This document shows, piece after piece, positions 23,701 to 30,067 of a DNA stretch of 64,000 nt. The stretch is from a virus. Each line of letters opens with the position of its first letter. Positions within the stretch are counted from its first letter, which is position 1. The DNA is taken from the IMG/VR virus record IMGVR_UViG_3300030107_003448, positions 36,679-100,678 of that record; one strand, written 5' to 3'. Position numbers and translations under genes: made by a program. The notes under the pieces were generated by a model, which was given only the letters and a program-made list of their open reading frames with translations, was not told the origin of the DNA and ran no database searches.

Positions 23701-25887
23701 TTTGGATATAGATTTGCTGTAAGACCTCCGTTCAATAGGCCACGTTGGGCATTAAGTGTAAGAGGAATAGATGAAGCAGGCGGTAGCGCCACTAGTCCAC
23801 ATTTATTAGCAGGTTATGGGCATGGTCCTTTTGTTGCTCAAGATAATTTAACAAGCGGGTGGAAAGAAAATGCCCATGCTAATTTAGGCACAACAGATGT
23901 AAATTGGAGTGCTACTACTACAGGTATTCTGGAGAGACAGACACAAGCCAGCGCTATGTTACAGAACGACCAATTAGGTAAACAAGTAAGATATAGTGAA
24001 GGTAGGCGTATTACTCGACCATTTGGTTGTCCTGTAAGAACAATACGTAATGCTTCTACTATGAGGAAGAAATTCCCGGGCGACAATAGAGGAAAAGATA
24101 TTGATGAATTAGCCGATGCTCATCGTTTCTATATGATAGATTGGTGGGGTAATACTCGTGGTGAAGATGTGCGTAGATTCCCTGCACGTGGATTTGGTAT
24201 ACGCCCTGCTTGGGACCCACAAGATGTATACACACACGCAGGTAATACTACTAATCCTCAACTCCATGAGACTACTGTTATGTTATATCCTGCTGGTCTT
24301 AGTGATTGGTCTAGTGTGGGTGGAGTTGTTGCGGCGACCATCAGTGCAGGTGGTAGTGGATATAGTGCAGCCACAGCAGCAACAACTGGAGGAAGTGGAA
24401 CAGGCTGCACTGTTACTTATACAATAAGTGGCTCTGCTGTTAATGGTATTACTGCTTTTGCTACAAGAGGAACTGGATATGTAGTAGGCGATGTATTAAC
24501 TATTTCTGGTGGTGGTGGTAATGCAACAATTACAATAACTACTTTAGATGATTATCCAAGTGAACAACAAGGTAATGCTAATTCTGGTAACCAAGTAGGG
24601 CTGTCTCCTTCTGATATGAAAGTAGATTGGTTTAATCCTTTATCTGCACATAGAGTAGGAGATAGAGGGGATGGTAGAGGAGTTAGATGGTCTACTGCAT
24701 TTAATGAAAATTTATTACAAGAAATTGATGTGCCTGTATTAACTACTGGTCTAGTAGTTTCACATAGCACAGCAGAGCCCCCATTTGGTACAGGATATTT
24801 ACGGCCTTCAAATGATATATTAGGGGCTAAAGAGTTGCCTCGTGGTATTAGTAGTAGATTAGGTATTGCTGAACATGGTTTATTAAAACCAGAGGCTAAT
24901 GTTAGTGAAAATGTAGAAACATTAACTGGCACATTTACTAGTGGTGGTGAAACTTTAGCAGACCCATTCTCTCGTGGTGCACCTCGTATTGGTCTTGATG
25001 CTGATACAGTCTCTGAATTAAGTGGAGGTCAAGAAATAGACCACATAGGTATATCTACACAAGCCTATAGTTTACACACTGATACAGAAGTAGGACAGAG
25101 ATTATCTATTAGAGGTGCTATTGATAGTGGAGATGAAAGTGTAACTTTAGATAACTTTGATTTAACATCTTTGTCTTTTGCTACAAATCCTACTAATAGT
25201 GTTGTAAGAGTTTCTAATGCGCACGCAATATGGGCTTTAGGTGGAACATATATTTTAGAAGCCAAGAGTTATGCTGGTACATTTAATGATGCTGAATGGG
25301 GAGAAGGAAGTGCATCTAGTTCTTCTAACCCATATCAAGATTCTAACCATGACCCTACTACTGGCACAGGAGTTCAAACAAATCGTGCAGATAAAACAAT
25401 TAGATTCTTAATGAGACCATTCCGTAGATTAGATAATAGGCATATAGAACTATTTAGACCAAAAGGAATGAACACAGGTCCACAAGTAAATAATGATGGT
25501 TATCGTGCTACAGCAGGTGGTAAATATGGATTGTTTAATTATGATATGCCTAATGCTCGTAGTGGCACAATCAATCCGACTAACCCTCCTTATCAACCAT
25601 CTTATACATTCAATACTAGTGGTGTAATTACTTCAACAGGACCAAAAATACCCGGTGCTGATGTATCAACTATGGGCTTAAGCACTACAGTAGGTCGTAT
25701 TATCATAAGTGAAAATACATTAGAACACTTTAGGTCTGATGCTCCTCGTAGAACAGCCGTTAAAGACGATGGTTCAAGTGCCACTAGAACAGACTATACA
25801 GTTCAACCACGACATAGTCAAACATTACATCCGAAAGGTGAATCGGGCACAGATAGTTTTAACACAGGAGACCACAGTGCGGAGTGA
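8785..25887 (+). CDS. Giant (5700 aa) virion adhesin/tail fibre-like protein with N-terminal LamG/concanavalin-A domain
   Basis: LamG motifs TLTIEAWVKP, HVVG…VALFING, FRGAIESVHLS and IAIWRFEE. It has many G/T/S-rich beta modules and sits in the tail module. Confidence 0.7.
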   Translation: MVVVSKAGHALVLNGISDGIIIPDSHFSHTGIQSERGDFSGPSIDNVALNTQSDTTGIGRLHTLTIEAWVKPDCGGVVLSKDGLFELKVGQVGEPGPAVLTAHMNNPHQNKTIIVASAIKNTGTPRWEGTVFPRHGVDVHGSYNSDASATIATGLNIGHRELLHVVGLISSNKVALFINGTLMAQELLPTGDFMLDFSSSDIFIGGKGGEFRGAIESVHLSRGFDAQILKPDPPIINNNTIAIWRFEEPAEVHNTVYQSGGETAAADGSTKTVSLSTADAQSLIATITGNAYDSTSPSLDLTASPYSSGNYKVMDLVSAPASPTTILVPHTPYNILFNPDGLNLSTKKPNQKPPERLRLLGINGSTGVISVESIHLDFSIAGARRGLLHSKTANVDDHFVLISGDLLIDGGTGQPYQPPHYGSQVIDRTGQMVIDEGNFQYHGLIYSSRMATTTTDSDNPYAVVWPSIDTKFQMGHTGRHTLSIQEGHHYLRQLPTPNNEIIHQSTDASADIAEIYFDASHKGLESVIPINSRLDIYRESLISPVSNIINSSWAFGLVDNGKAEGSGRELLAIGGVGAKTGIGQTIFDYTPFLLKGPIEAPSMSHDFTNYRKHHLRPITKSRIAILSVPSLNDASFVGAGNQIAPFVQIHYNAVDITGQSVGCKDSGVEIDNGGGYTAGTATSMQVSTVDIRTKFVVGDAVFTSNGDLLGVITAIPDGTHFTIGAGTNVAVADNDNLFSINPFLLIEKTVPSADTVLNSTGPVTVYDAILNDLADAAKDTQLYAPGGLITLDTSNSDGQLPDVELESLFQSDPEEGIHNEDELNESLTPQNYSLVHPSDVAKANPQLINAEHTTIAHDAVFHRLVINQQNIDLINQLTESANYFRRNSSITGSGAGGYDIGNTSAASHLNESFDIISARKIDGMESQSKQFLIHPSDRARFSQLTKLNTTNSRPEEPNIVSIQYLMTKTRATSISSQEGSSDRQVEMICTGLIGDAGAIGIDVLGSGAPDSHAIKEVMPGAPVVTVTLGGPGQGAVNTKPTYDPSPFTRLGWNTRKDCGAIITNIAATGGTVAWTVAPLNNASTDLASWGTYCFPRVGRIYLENGAHAAYNAKSGASFTMDGTASGLASSGKYIKPDGTPADGYAEWLVACGLTANSKCNFKVFVDGSFGEDTVCNDGSTINDRMFQTMDSVTHDYQLGTQYASTRSLVEIPIFPDLLFTNTERCINPGPDNSLKLHIDATYTAHNWAPSPVGRRCPSYSPRDRTAFGVSGHKISLQSSLKGAHITGDPYLNGGDLRLPVSNYSLFQNSTTTPTTLGGKNLSTRYFKAFLANGEWATYTTSHSGGYLILTNGPSTDVGKDMSDNFLETVEPGMSIFPGPSLINDNLMPIRDHPTVASAAYEGRSSYYYNRSNVQTQGGNIDYGLRQYVSAIELKAGPRENPHLPKTKNKRARSTVVSWTAGSHLLILDDASDFPLGGTTLLYLNGATHQFQYRVAYIDTSGNEQTAHYKAEAVTGNNIILSSGLYSGSWNPPVGTEIYVKDFHNITANKYPEVIEEIPLSNAWLNPYAAGGLREGDTVWMNMHYTNPHAVEGLFCKSHGVFDESKVHTMFNGGEGLFTTTPRSSIPMENFLIGNTCLETAKNLVQHINQTVTKNFETLGRKKTFTDNTCDTNHTSGLSDGTTTSVRHITHTANSNIVAGLLVSGTGIPDGAYITAINTATCFTISADTSATNTNTTLTFTTPTHAPVAFLDPYQATETFARVLLYDVSQDREFIAMQDLHMQVQTSPQTPKLGSPASYLVSGPAAFDGTPVSANYSTEIDVANGFPSQVKSHSPTAASEYIESAYTHSAHWNQYAPVGLSAGFEHTINSFSCLGDFGHARVKESACCPDTAYLTHAYRQSGAAETSETIYSTTFDTPMGTRVIPSFLCLKGIRNEALDLSQYADTKLQYLPQWTQMDFVRRLTVDLGEIGLREGVTDIEAAINEVVRLINQAGALKGRTHARRPASQYPGETDRLDIDNVGPNPDVSHSDSDASAPHLSADFSATGSTHDPAPFWENSISFASHDRGSHMGYVRAHVGRVVEDSDGNEGYTIVIHSTIPGASGRNFCIWLDNSKGQSAYKPQFLIGHGGRFRNFWCRPDEMTLENMHPAPMPINKDGRPFAPITTLKEILPPEESTDEYVNNLYLGKGVLSTAGASSDGTENANTVGVTGNHQNTVYDESYETQGTESVLVEGLRAGTPALARINFGGMVMAGIPGWSPKAGQWGCGRTGNTRYLAAYGQTTVGGFNYVKYNSSTNGHVPSDDYKDENIGNGNLYGIKLTDHLGRTHIIRFIYSQFEESFTNDLTELPPTIDQEICIWFDDRDVGQGGFTIGRHMLGEGDVCAKSALSVNDEFVGNKWGPYPSPFVGLGVTASTAWDAANTKLTVVLAAPYDTSSALGAHPDILGYMGFPDSGVLQYNGNSKSGVTLSYTSRTHNNENGPHVFYGVTGNGALAHNQAGNITSRINWNTLLTDEIIAAAVEFAINMDDPNSISVTKTRFDCTEMYAADGKKLKDWGLTKNSIRIRAHSKTSRVTPLNCLFEATTAKDWGIHASTILAEHGTAETSETRIPTGYLPATVLNLKTRYYGTNANTATPVVVDSANNVIDTTVWKDNLRGTRFIDTPGDLIIPRIDSPSVEIDGSTHSAGEVQTTNGDSFWHVLRPTSTGGFGERKRIWWNEKEWALVTGSVQSGPRHQFDWPTTAEQAISANWETELTDLGTNAALVYTHTNIEHANEFDGLRLTGNTGGEPLVYFRGARDSVDHEVPLYFGGGFSGVTLDINDGTQNDYSDFYTHPYANGPTGSTGLQNIGEKSTSYCLLDAHAMLAMFPGTPYLDDHKGQNNPPYFNQNSILSHDMAGGAMTHPDGNTRYGAVARGSRSVSKYVPVTVPSPIVLRFSHPHARYHPALFSEGGYQDSDTYSMYVVFGPGQSFPMNNAVSTEPQVGIFHALSGNMWSSTPPYSDWTGGGTPESTYLPNLLVCGGGDHISMAGSLDVYLPPSNNQQRGNLAGWNYEMNWEPAQGMPNLITEINSATSSIRYGFDQGANEGRYYGNHFKAPTTNSTSPPFSHPFDSPALNSVPASTSVIRTSGFKWHMDGGYHPGGHWLDNCVLKNTYQPIANAPIPNKFTSGSSPGDKGTPYPAAFRVGSLLTAAYMNSDSAQAASGDTTGNDVILIDATRCQNAEELATVISCAINEFPGKAGLKSLGGTFLPSFQNSHKQDKYGWVPLLGENASYTEGTSIPNGHVTITNPNGGGSTVMPPIPRYGWIRTVRGGNHGPIVGDYSAGATGTFAPYVAVDSTTTAGDLKFILGANGGGHMKFCDPISTTATPPYVTAATLNAELDHGVYVWSKTGNWIYNNGRPTGRMSKNADTSSAINANSQDHMCHVHFNGLTDAIDRTRPIGAIGWHGERYSYLNSLILDNGAPVAGTAVYSAGLGAWYSELGFSPYGSMTTCNSIASKVSRNDNQQLFPAQCPSGLSSRHLIAVTYESEMAIVAKAMQDGQVCGGDWLYKAQAVGTGTTSAVTPPNTTAGTRKWSPNIQNLSRYTAPATGGPNVEAQFIKDQIQPYQAGVITGLTITSGGSGYSAGTADLTGGSGSGASITYTVNSGAVNAITAIASAGTGYQIGDVLTVGGGGGNATVTVSAGTGYWSSEVTTTAHLLHPVISADGGASEGVLSTPCASPTGDLFWEESTVVGNRFHVDDNNYRVKCTENTDANFNAVEDDTDPWGYWKDKSAGRNFNVEHIVWKRMDGGNLTMPASNARGLGAVPWLWRGTPGYAGSYKTGETIYGNCRFSFETTNSAMFPIIQAQELSHPQLAEQHPFELRNILMIPNEDLQFESMEVIDDTGQTHTIEGGSPLGTIIRDFEKISDRGSEGLSPSLANSGLAPNMKIQLPHPDAIPGNIVVRSGFDRIQSYQNETIGSGGMMHPAQPEQGVKDMFAEPDSALGPRTWPTWENKGWEHISQDADDVSIEAGKTRLSFPDTHSQGWPNHTNDNPLETAYEQHDRTLYFHITKMGHTSTSREPTCISTSTGMVESQTITYSSHNASAGTLTASATINANIFKAETGTSDSRYFARVEDSTGQGAVFSFTNTSSANFTGVKFEPNFETFIAGKTGLTIKPSYYVPAGSTRFFAARRLRDHCEISGNSPDMRKLPWHTIINDAADAFSAIIVPETMMTPMPIPRMGHHYVTPTMSFMPGHFTHPFYENAFSLQFGCSNANVSPEEDKYTQSALDPDTGVHPVINNISTHNPLVWFSTPSSPYRPSDIHGGAFTLLTETKVAYDGYGIAASKGDAGTENATGRHILYLEAASSYSLKSHFPDPMEVGAYQIIIQPNVHKQQLQGFHNNHGTATKGPDEGGTKVVELTGQQVNLVVGISHDPGGTVNPDGSIALLLAEATMADTRGCEIFINEVMLDFSPDSGEQFTNIPPLGLYNPLGVNENTSPPFSRKSLPYRPGTFDRATPGYTITVPWWAILHRERPPAPGASANTTAGFRHLEWHKPDDYYQFCRATYGAIGAQITLAGYPSLYADTYAPHQNLRSLNPHCKVLSATLDSGSGIGGVGTIVVDNNETFPVYPYYGEILEYIDYLGVRQRATYATRDGHLGSNITNGPAIFKNVTALTLDFWPNIVSVPKMKDGIIKLSRPYDNFVTGDIFTKSTSSAITRVLPQTLHGTRDTNSLHMGDAYLCLWHPNLGRPYTFYSDNTSRSFQVYAAVDASVNKNPYNAPPEHFETIHYHDFLYSISKGPFGFHMGATDPEGDGTYAEMKGLLTGTITAGGSGHAATDVLTLTAGTGFLGTSATVTVSTVSTGAVTAFAITTAGAGYSVGDVLSQTATTGSGSSFQLTITAIGSFDSTKVPQGDATRHYTGFWPGGSRGGPGASRLDGYGYIKAGWGDNDFGMDCKPYALDGGVAGGIARSTHATLLAAGDNIHGRQFCFGYRFAVRPPFNRPRWALSVRGIDEAGGSATSPHLLAGYGHGPFVAQDNLTSGWKENAHANLGTTDVNWSATTTGILERQTQASAMLQNDQLGKQVRYSEGRRITRPFGCPVRTIRNASTMRKKFPGDNRGKDIDELADAHRFYMIDWWGNTRGEDVRRFPARGFGIRPAWDPQDVYTHAGNTTNPQLHETTVMLYPAGLSDWSSVGGVVAATISAGGSGYSAATAATTGGSGTGCTVTYTISGSAVNGITAFATRGTGYVVGDVLTISGGGGNATITITTLDDYPSEQQGNANSGNQVGLSPSDMKVDWFNPLSAHRVGDRGDGRGVRWSTAFNENLLQEIDVPVLTTGLVVSHSTAEPPFGTGYLRPSNDILGAKELPRGISSRLGIAEHGLLKPEANVSENVETLTGTFTSGGETLADPFSRGAPRIGLDADTVSELSGGQEIDHIGISTQAYSLHTDTEVGQRLSIRGAIDSGDESVTLDNFDLTSLSFATNPTNSVVRVSNAHAIWALGGTYILEAKSYAGTFNDAEWGEGSASSSSNPYQDSNHDPTTGTGVQTNRADKTIRFLMRPFRRLDNRHIELFRPKGMNTGPQVNNDGYRATAGGKYGLFNYDMPNARSGTINPTNPPYQPSYTFNTSGVITSTGPKIPGADVSTMGLSTTVGRIIISENTLEHFRSDAPRRTAVKDDGSSATRTDYTVQPRHSQTLHPKGESGTDSFNTGDHSAE

Positions 25888-25891
25888 TAAT

Positions 25892-27364
25892 ATGGCTTTA
25901 GTAAAAAATACCAATACAGGCAGGTCTGATGCAGACCAACCTAGTGCTATGAAACATATTCGTTCTCCAGTATTTGTTGATAACTGTATACATTATGCTA
26001 TTTATTCCACAGATTCTACTAGTAAGAAAATGAAAGTTACACCATCCACGGGCGGGGAATTTCAACTAACTCATGACCGTTCTTATCTAACTGTTGAAGA
26101 AGAAAGCGCTATCAGATTGGTCCATAATCCTATATCGGGTCACAATTATACAGGAAGTGTGTTTTTCAATGATGGAAAATTGACTAGCACAGCCACTATT
26201 CCTTCTATTCTATATGGAGCAGAAGATGACTCTTTACGTCTAGTAGGTAAAGAGTTAGAAAACGCTACTATAGGTTCTCGTTTAATACTAAATAACATGA
26301 AAGGTAGGAATTTGTTTGGTATAGGTTTCGATGAGACCCATGTTAGATTAGGACAAGAAATAGATATAGGGTTAAGAACCACAGACCTTGCTTTAAAATT
26401 AGCAGAACCTACTATGGCTAAAATATTACCTTCTGTTAACATTTCAGATAAAAATAAAATCTCTACAACTAACGAAGAACGCATAAAACACAGTCGTAAA
26501 TTTTTATCCCAAGATTTCTATGGTGTTAATTTAGTAACAGCCTTAAGATATGTAGGTAGACATGATGGGCGCATTTTATACAATGACCGTTGGGGTAATT
26601 TGTTATATTTACCGTTCCGTTCTGGTGGTAAGGGTAGAACAATGCAAGGTTGGTATTCGTTTGGTAACCAAACTAAAACTTCTGTAGAAAATAGCCCAAA
26701 TCGAATCACTGTATTAGGTAAACAAAGAGCATTAAACCATCTTGCCCATGTTACTATGGATGACCGCTCTAATCAAACTGTAAAAGATGGAAGTAATATA
26801 ATAAAAGAAGGTCCTCCGATAAATGACCCTAGTGTTAAAAATTTATCTTCTGCTAGAAGGGTAGCAAGACAAATTTTACGCTCTCATGATGCTATGAAAA
26901 ATAAAAAAGCACAAACAGGGGTTCCACATTCTTGGGATATTAAAGCAGGGGATGTAGTTAGGTTTGAAGGGACAGCAAGTGGTGCTGAAATAGTTACAAT
27001 TTCTCGTGCTACCCATCGTTTACAGGAAAAGAAAAGTGATTTTGAATTTTTATCTTTATCTACAGGCGTAGAGGGCGTGTTACAAGGCGTGACTGAAAGC
27101 GCTTTGTCTATGGGTGATTTAATGGAAGATAATATAGTGCAATCACAAGAAGAAAATTTCAGTTTCTTTATGGGTATAGAAATTAAGATTAATTTATACA
27201 TGAGACAAAGAGTTGTCTCTGTTAAAGGGAAAAGGCTTGGTTCTCATAATGGAAGTATTATTGGGCGTAAACGTCAAACTAATTATGCAGCAGAAACTGA
27301 TAATAATGGAGAAACAATGGGCAGTAGTAAGTCAAAAACAAAAAGAATAAGGGTTGATAAATAA
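25892..27364 (+). CDS. Putative baseplate hub/tail tip protein (likely start ATG 25892)
   Basis: GGAGTGA RBS before ATG 25892. Hub-like segments NRITVLG, ARRVARQIL and DIKAGDVVRF. Confidence 0.5.
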   Translation: MALVKNTNTGRSDADQPSAMKHIRSPVFVDNCIHYAIYSTDSTSKKMKVTPSTGGEFQLTHDRSYLTVEEESAIRLVHNPISGHNYTGSVFFNDGKLTSTATIPSILYGAEDDSLRLVGKELENATIGSRLILNNMKGRNLFGIGFDETHVRLGQEIDIGLRTTDLALKLAEPTMAKILPSVNISDKNKISTTNEERIKHSRKFLSQDFYGVNLVTALRYVGRHDGRILYNDRWGNLLYLPFRSGGKGRTMQGWYSFGNQTKTSVENSPNRITVLGKQRALNHLAHVTMDDRSNQTVKDGSNIIKEGPPINDPSVKNLSSARRVARQILRSHDAMKNKKAQTGVPHSWDIKAGDVVRFEGTASGAEIVTISRATHRLQEKKSDFEFLSLSTGVEGVLQGVTESALSMGDLMEDNIVQSQEENFSFFMGIEIKINLYMRQRVVSVKGKRLGSHNGSIIGRKRQTNYAAETDNNGETMGSSKSKTKRIRVDK

Positions 27365-27711
27365 TGGCAACAGCAAATAGAATAAAACGATTAATGATAG
27401 AAACATTGGCTAATAACATCAATGAAATCACATTAGGATTTGATGGAACTTATGCCACAGGAGATGATGGTGCGGCAGGCAGACCTGCGGTTACAGTCAC
27501 CCCTACAGTGAGCGTTGTAGATGACAACACTTTGCTTGTAGAGGCTACCTTGGGAGTACAGTATAGTTATGCAGAAGAATTAAAGGAAGTAGCAGTGCAA
27601 TTTAGAGCAACAGATGGGACCTTCACCCCTGTTGGTAGATACACCATCCGTCCATTGACTAAGACTAATAGCAATGAAGTCCATATACAATTACTTGTAG
27701 AGGTGGTCTAA
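27364..27711 (+). CDS. Small tail/baseplate protein
   Basis: Pattern EITLGFDG…LKEVAV…PLTKTNSNEVHI resembles fibre-attachment domains. It has TAATG coupling. Confidence 0.4.
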   Translation: MATANRIKRLMIETLANNINEITLGFDGTYATGDDGAAGRPAVTVTPTVSVVDDNTLLVEATLGVQYSYAEELKEVAVQFRATDGTFTPVGRYTIRPLTKTNSNEVHIQLLVEVV

Positions 27712-28895
27712 TGGCGAATCCGTTATCTGGTCATACAAATCACAACATCACTGGTGGTGTTGATGGATTAGGAGATGGCGACCATATTTTAAGCCCCTCT
27801 TTAACTAACTTATACGAAGGAATACATGGTAATGGTATTATTTTACAAAACGATGGTGCTGCTGCTGATGCTAATAGAGGGACCCCTATTGATTTGCCGG
27901 GAGCAGTTATCCAATATACTGCTGGTGGAGGTGCTCCATACGAAGGTGTGACCATCAAAGGTGGCTTCTGTGTTCTCGATGGTGTGGTGTATAAATTTGC
28001 TAACGGTCCGGGAGGAACATTGAATATTGTATTTGATTCTATAGCAGGACCAATCGCCAATGACCGCACAGGTAATACAAGCACTGGTGGAGGAGGCGCT
28101 GCTTTAACTGCTGGTAAAGAATGCCTTTACACCATCTATGTAACTGCGGATAATGGAGGAGGAAGCGCTACAGCACATGTTTGTTATATGCAAAGTAGTG
28201 TTATCACAGTTGCTAGTGATTCTTATGCTGATGGTGCTACTGATTACTTAAGTGACCCCCACGGAGATGGAGCATTAAATAATCAACAAAGTGTTGTCTT
28301 AGCAGTAGTAAGAGCAGAATATCATTCTGGTAGTGCGGGAACAGATAAGGCGAATGTCATAGAAGTTAATGATAAAAGACACTTTTTAAATGGTGGTCCA
28401 TATTATTTCCACCCCTTAAAATTAGAATCGGGCTCTGGGCCTGTAGATAGTGCTACTGACCTTGATGCTTTACATGGGGGAGGAGATGAAGCGGGCGCTT
28501 TTACAGCCAGTGATTCTGATTTAGGTGCTTTGTGGCTCACCCAAAATGCTAACAATGTGCAGTCAATATATTTTAGTGGGCTAAGAGCAGCCAATGACCG
28601 TTTTGCTAGACCAATAGACACGCTAGGAGATGTAGAAGTTATTAGCACTAGTGGTCCTCAAACATTCAAGTTTAATGGTAAAAGGATATGGATAATTACT
28701 GCGGGGGCTGGTCTTAATTTAAACCCAAGTGGTAATTTTGAAGAAGGTTATACTGTGGAGGTGCAGGCTATTGGTAATACTGTGACTTTTGATAGTGCTG
28801 GAACGTGTAACCAAGCAGTGGCCGCAGGTAGATATGCTAGATTCGTATATACTGGTTCTGCTTGGGTCAAAGTGTTCATGGTGGCTACTCTTTGA
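27711..28895 (+). CDS. Putative tail fibre/receptor-binding protein
   Basis: G/A/T-rich protein at the end of the tail module, with a C-terminal ARFVYTGSAW motif. Confidence 0.5.
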   Translation: MANPLSGHTNHNITGGVDGLGDGDHILSPSLTNLYEGIHGNGIILQNDGAAADANRGTPIDLPGAVIQYTAGGGAPYEGVTIKGGFCVLDGVVYKFANGPGGTLNIVFDSIAGPIANDRTGNTSTGGGGAALTAGKECLYTIYVTADNGGGSATAHVCYMQSSVITVASDSYADGATDYLSDPHGDGALNNQQSVVLAVVRAEYHSGSAGTDKANVIEVNDKRHFLNGGPYYFHPLKLESGSGPVDSATDLDALHGGGDEAGAFTASDSDLGALWLTQNANNVQSIYFSGLRAANDRFARPIDTLGDVEVISTSGPQTFKFNGKRIWIITAGAGLNLNPSGNFEEGYTVEVQAIGNTVTFDSAGTCNQAVAAGRYARFVYTGSAWVKVFMVATL

Positions 28896-29153
28896 GTGAT
28901 AATAATGGGTAGATTATTAGACAAGTTAAAACATACATGCCCTAAATGTAGGGTTATTGGATTTCCTACTCGTATTATGGGAACTTATGCTAACCATAGT
29001 AGAAGTAAAGTATACTTATGGGAATGCGATTCTTGTGACCATATCTGGAAGGACACACAAAAACACCCTAAACCTGTAGAAAACAAAAAGGAACATGCTG
29101 TGCTTAGATTAGAGCACTGGAAAACAGTAGCAGAAAAAGAACTAGACTTGTAA
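28896..29153 (+). CDS. Zinc-ribbon protein (likely start ATG 28905)
   Basis: CPKC…CDSC. Confidence 0.6.
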   Translation: MIIMGRLLDKLKHTCPKCRVIGFPTRIMGTYANHSRSKVYLWECDSCDHIWKDTQKHPKPVENKKEHAVLRLEHWKTVAEKELDL

Positions 29154-30062
29154 ATCTAATTTTAGTGATTTATTGATTTGTTTATACCTATTTCTAATTG
29201 TAACTTCTGTTACCCCAGAAACTTCTGATATTTCTTTTTGGGTCCTACGTTGATTATTGAGCACGCCTGCGATATACAGCGTTGCTGCACCTACGCTTGG
29301 TGGGCTAACTCCAATATCCATTTCTTTCTCCTCTAGTTCTTCACATAACCTAAGAGCAATTAATTCTGTAGATGCACTAACACCTAAATCACTAGCAAAT
29401 CTACCTAAGTAATCTACCCCACGTAAATGGGGCAATCTGATGCCTAATTTACGTTTGATAACACGCTCTACTCTACCTATTTCTTTTCTGCCACATCTAC
29501 TAACAGAAGTAATTTCATCTAATGTCCTAGGAACACCACATTGACGACAGGCGATATACAGAGCACTCGCTATTACTAAATCAATAGACCTTCCCCTAGT
29601 GATTCTTTCCTCTACTGATTTTTTATAAATGACAGCGCCTGCTTCTCTTACTATTTTAGGTAAAGACATCCTACTTGCCATTCGGTCTAGTTCTGCTAAG
29701 GCTACTGCTAGGTTACGTTCTAATGAATTACTCACACGTGCTCGTTTTTGCCATTTACGCATACGATACATTTGTGAACGAGAATGACTAGGTAGGTTTT
29801 TGCCACTATAGTCTTTATTCTGCCAACCAATATCTGTAGACAGCCCTTTGTCATGTAATAAAACCGACATAGGTGCACCTGTGCGCTTCTTCTTTTCTGC
29901 ATCTTCCATGCTGTAAATGCTCCATTCCCCTCTAGGGTCTATCATAGCATCTTGTAATACTAAACCGCAGTCTTGGCATACTATTTCTCCTCTGTCTATA
30001 TCCTTATCCAGATTGCGACTATCACATTCTGGACACTTTACAGTGTCGGAGGTTTCTACCAT
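29142..30062 (-). CDS. tfb: Transcription initiation factor IIB
   Basis: Zn ribbon CPEC…CQDCG, B-reader region, HDKGLST, two cyclin repeats and C-terminal VTEVTIRNRYK. Confidence 0.95.
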   Translation of the reverse strand: MVETSDTVKCPECDSRNLDKDIDRGEIVCQDCGLVLQDAMIDPRGEWSIYSMEDAEKKKRTGAPMSVLLHDKGLSTDIGWQNKDYSGKNLPSHSRSQMYRMRKWQKRARVSNSLERNLAVALAELDRMASRMSLPKIVREAGAVIYKKSVEERITRGRSIDLVIASALYIACRQCGVPRTLDEITSVSRCGRKEIGRVERVIKRKLGIRLPHLRGVDYLGRFASDLGVSASTELIALRLCEELEEKEMDIGVSPPSVGAATLYIAGVLNNQRRTQKEISEVSGVTEVTIRNRYKQINKSLKLDLQV

Positions 30063-30067
30063 TTTAC

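Noticed and set aside
25739-25891. N-terminal extension of the hub ORF overlapping the giant gene
   Set aside because: An RBS and ATG at 25892, just after the giant gene's stop, give a better start.
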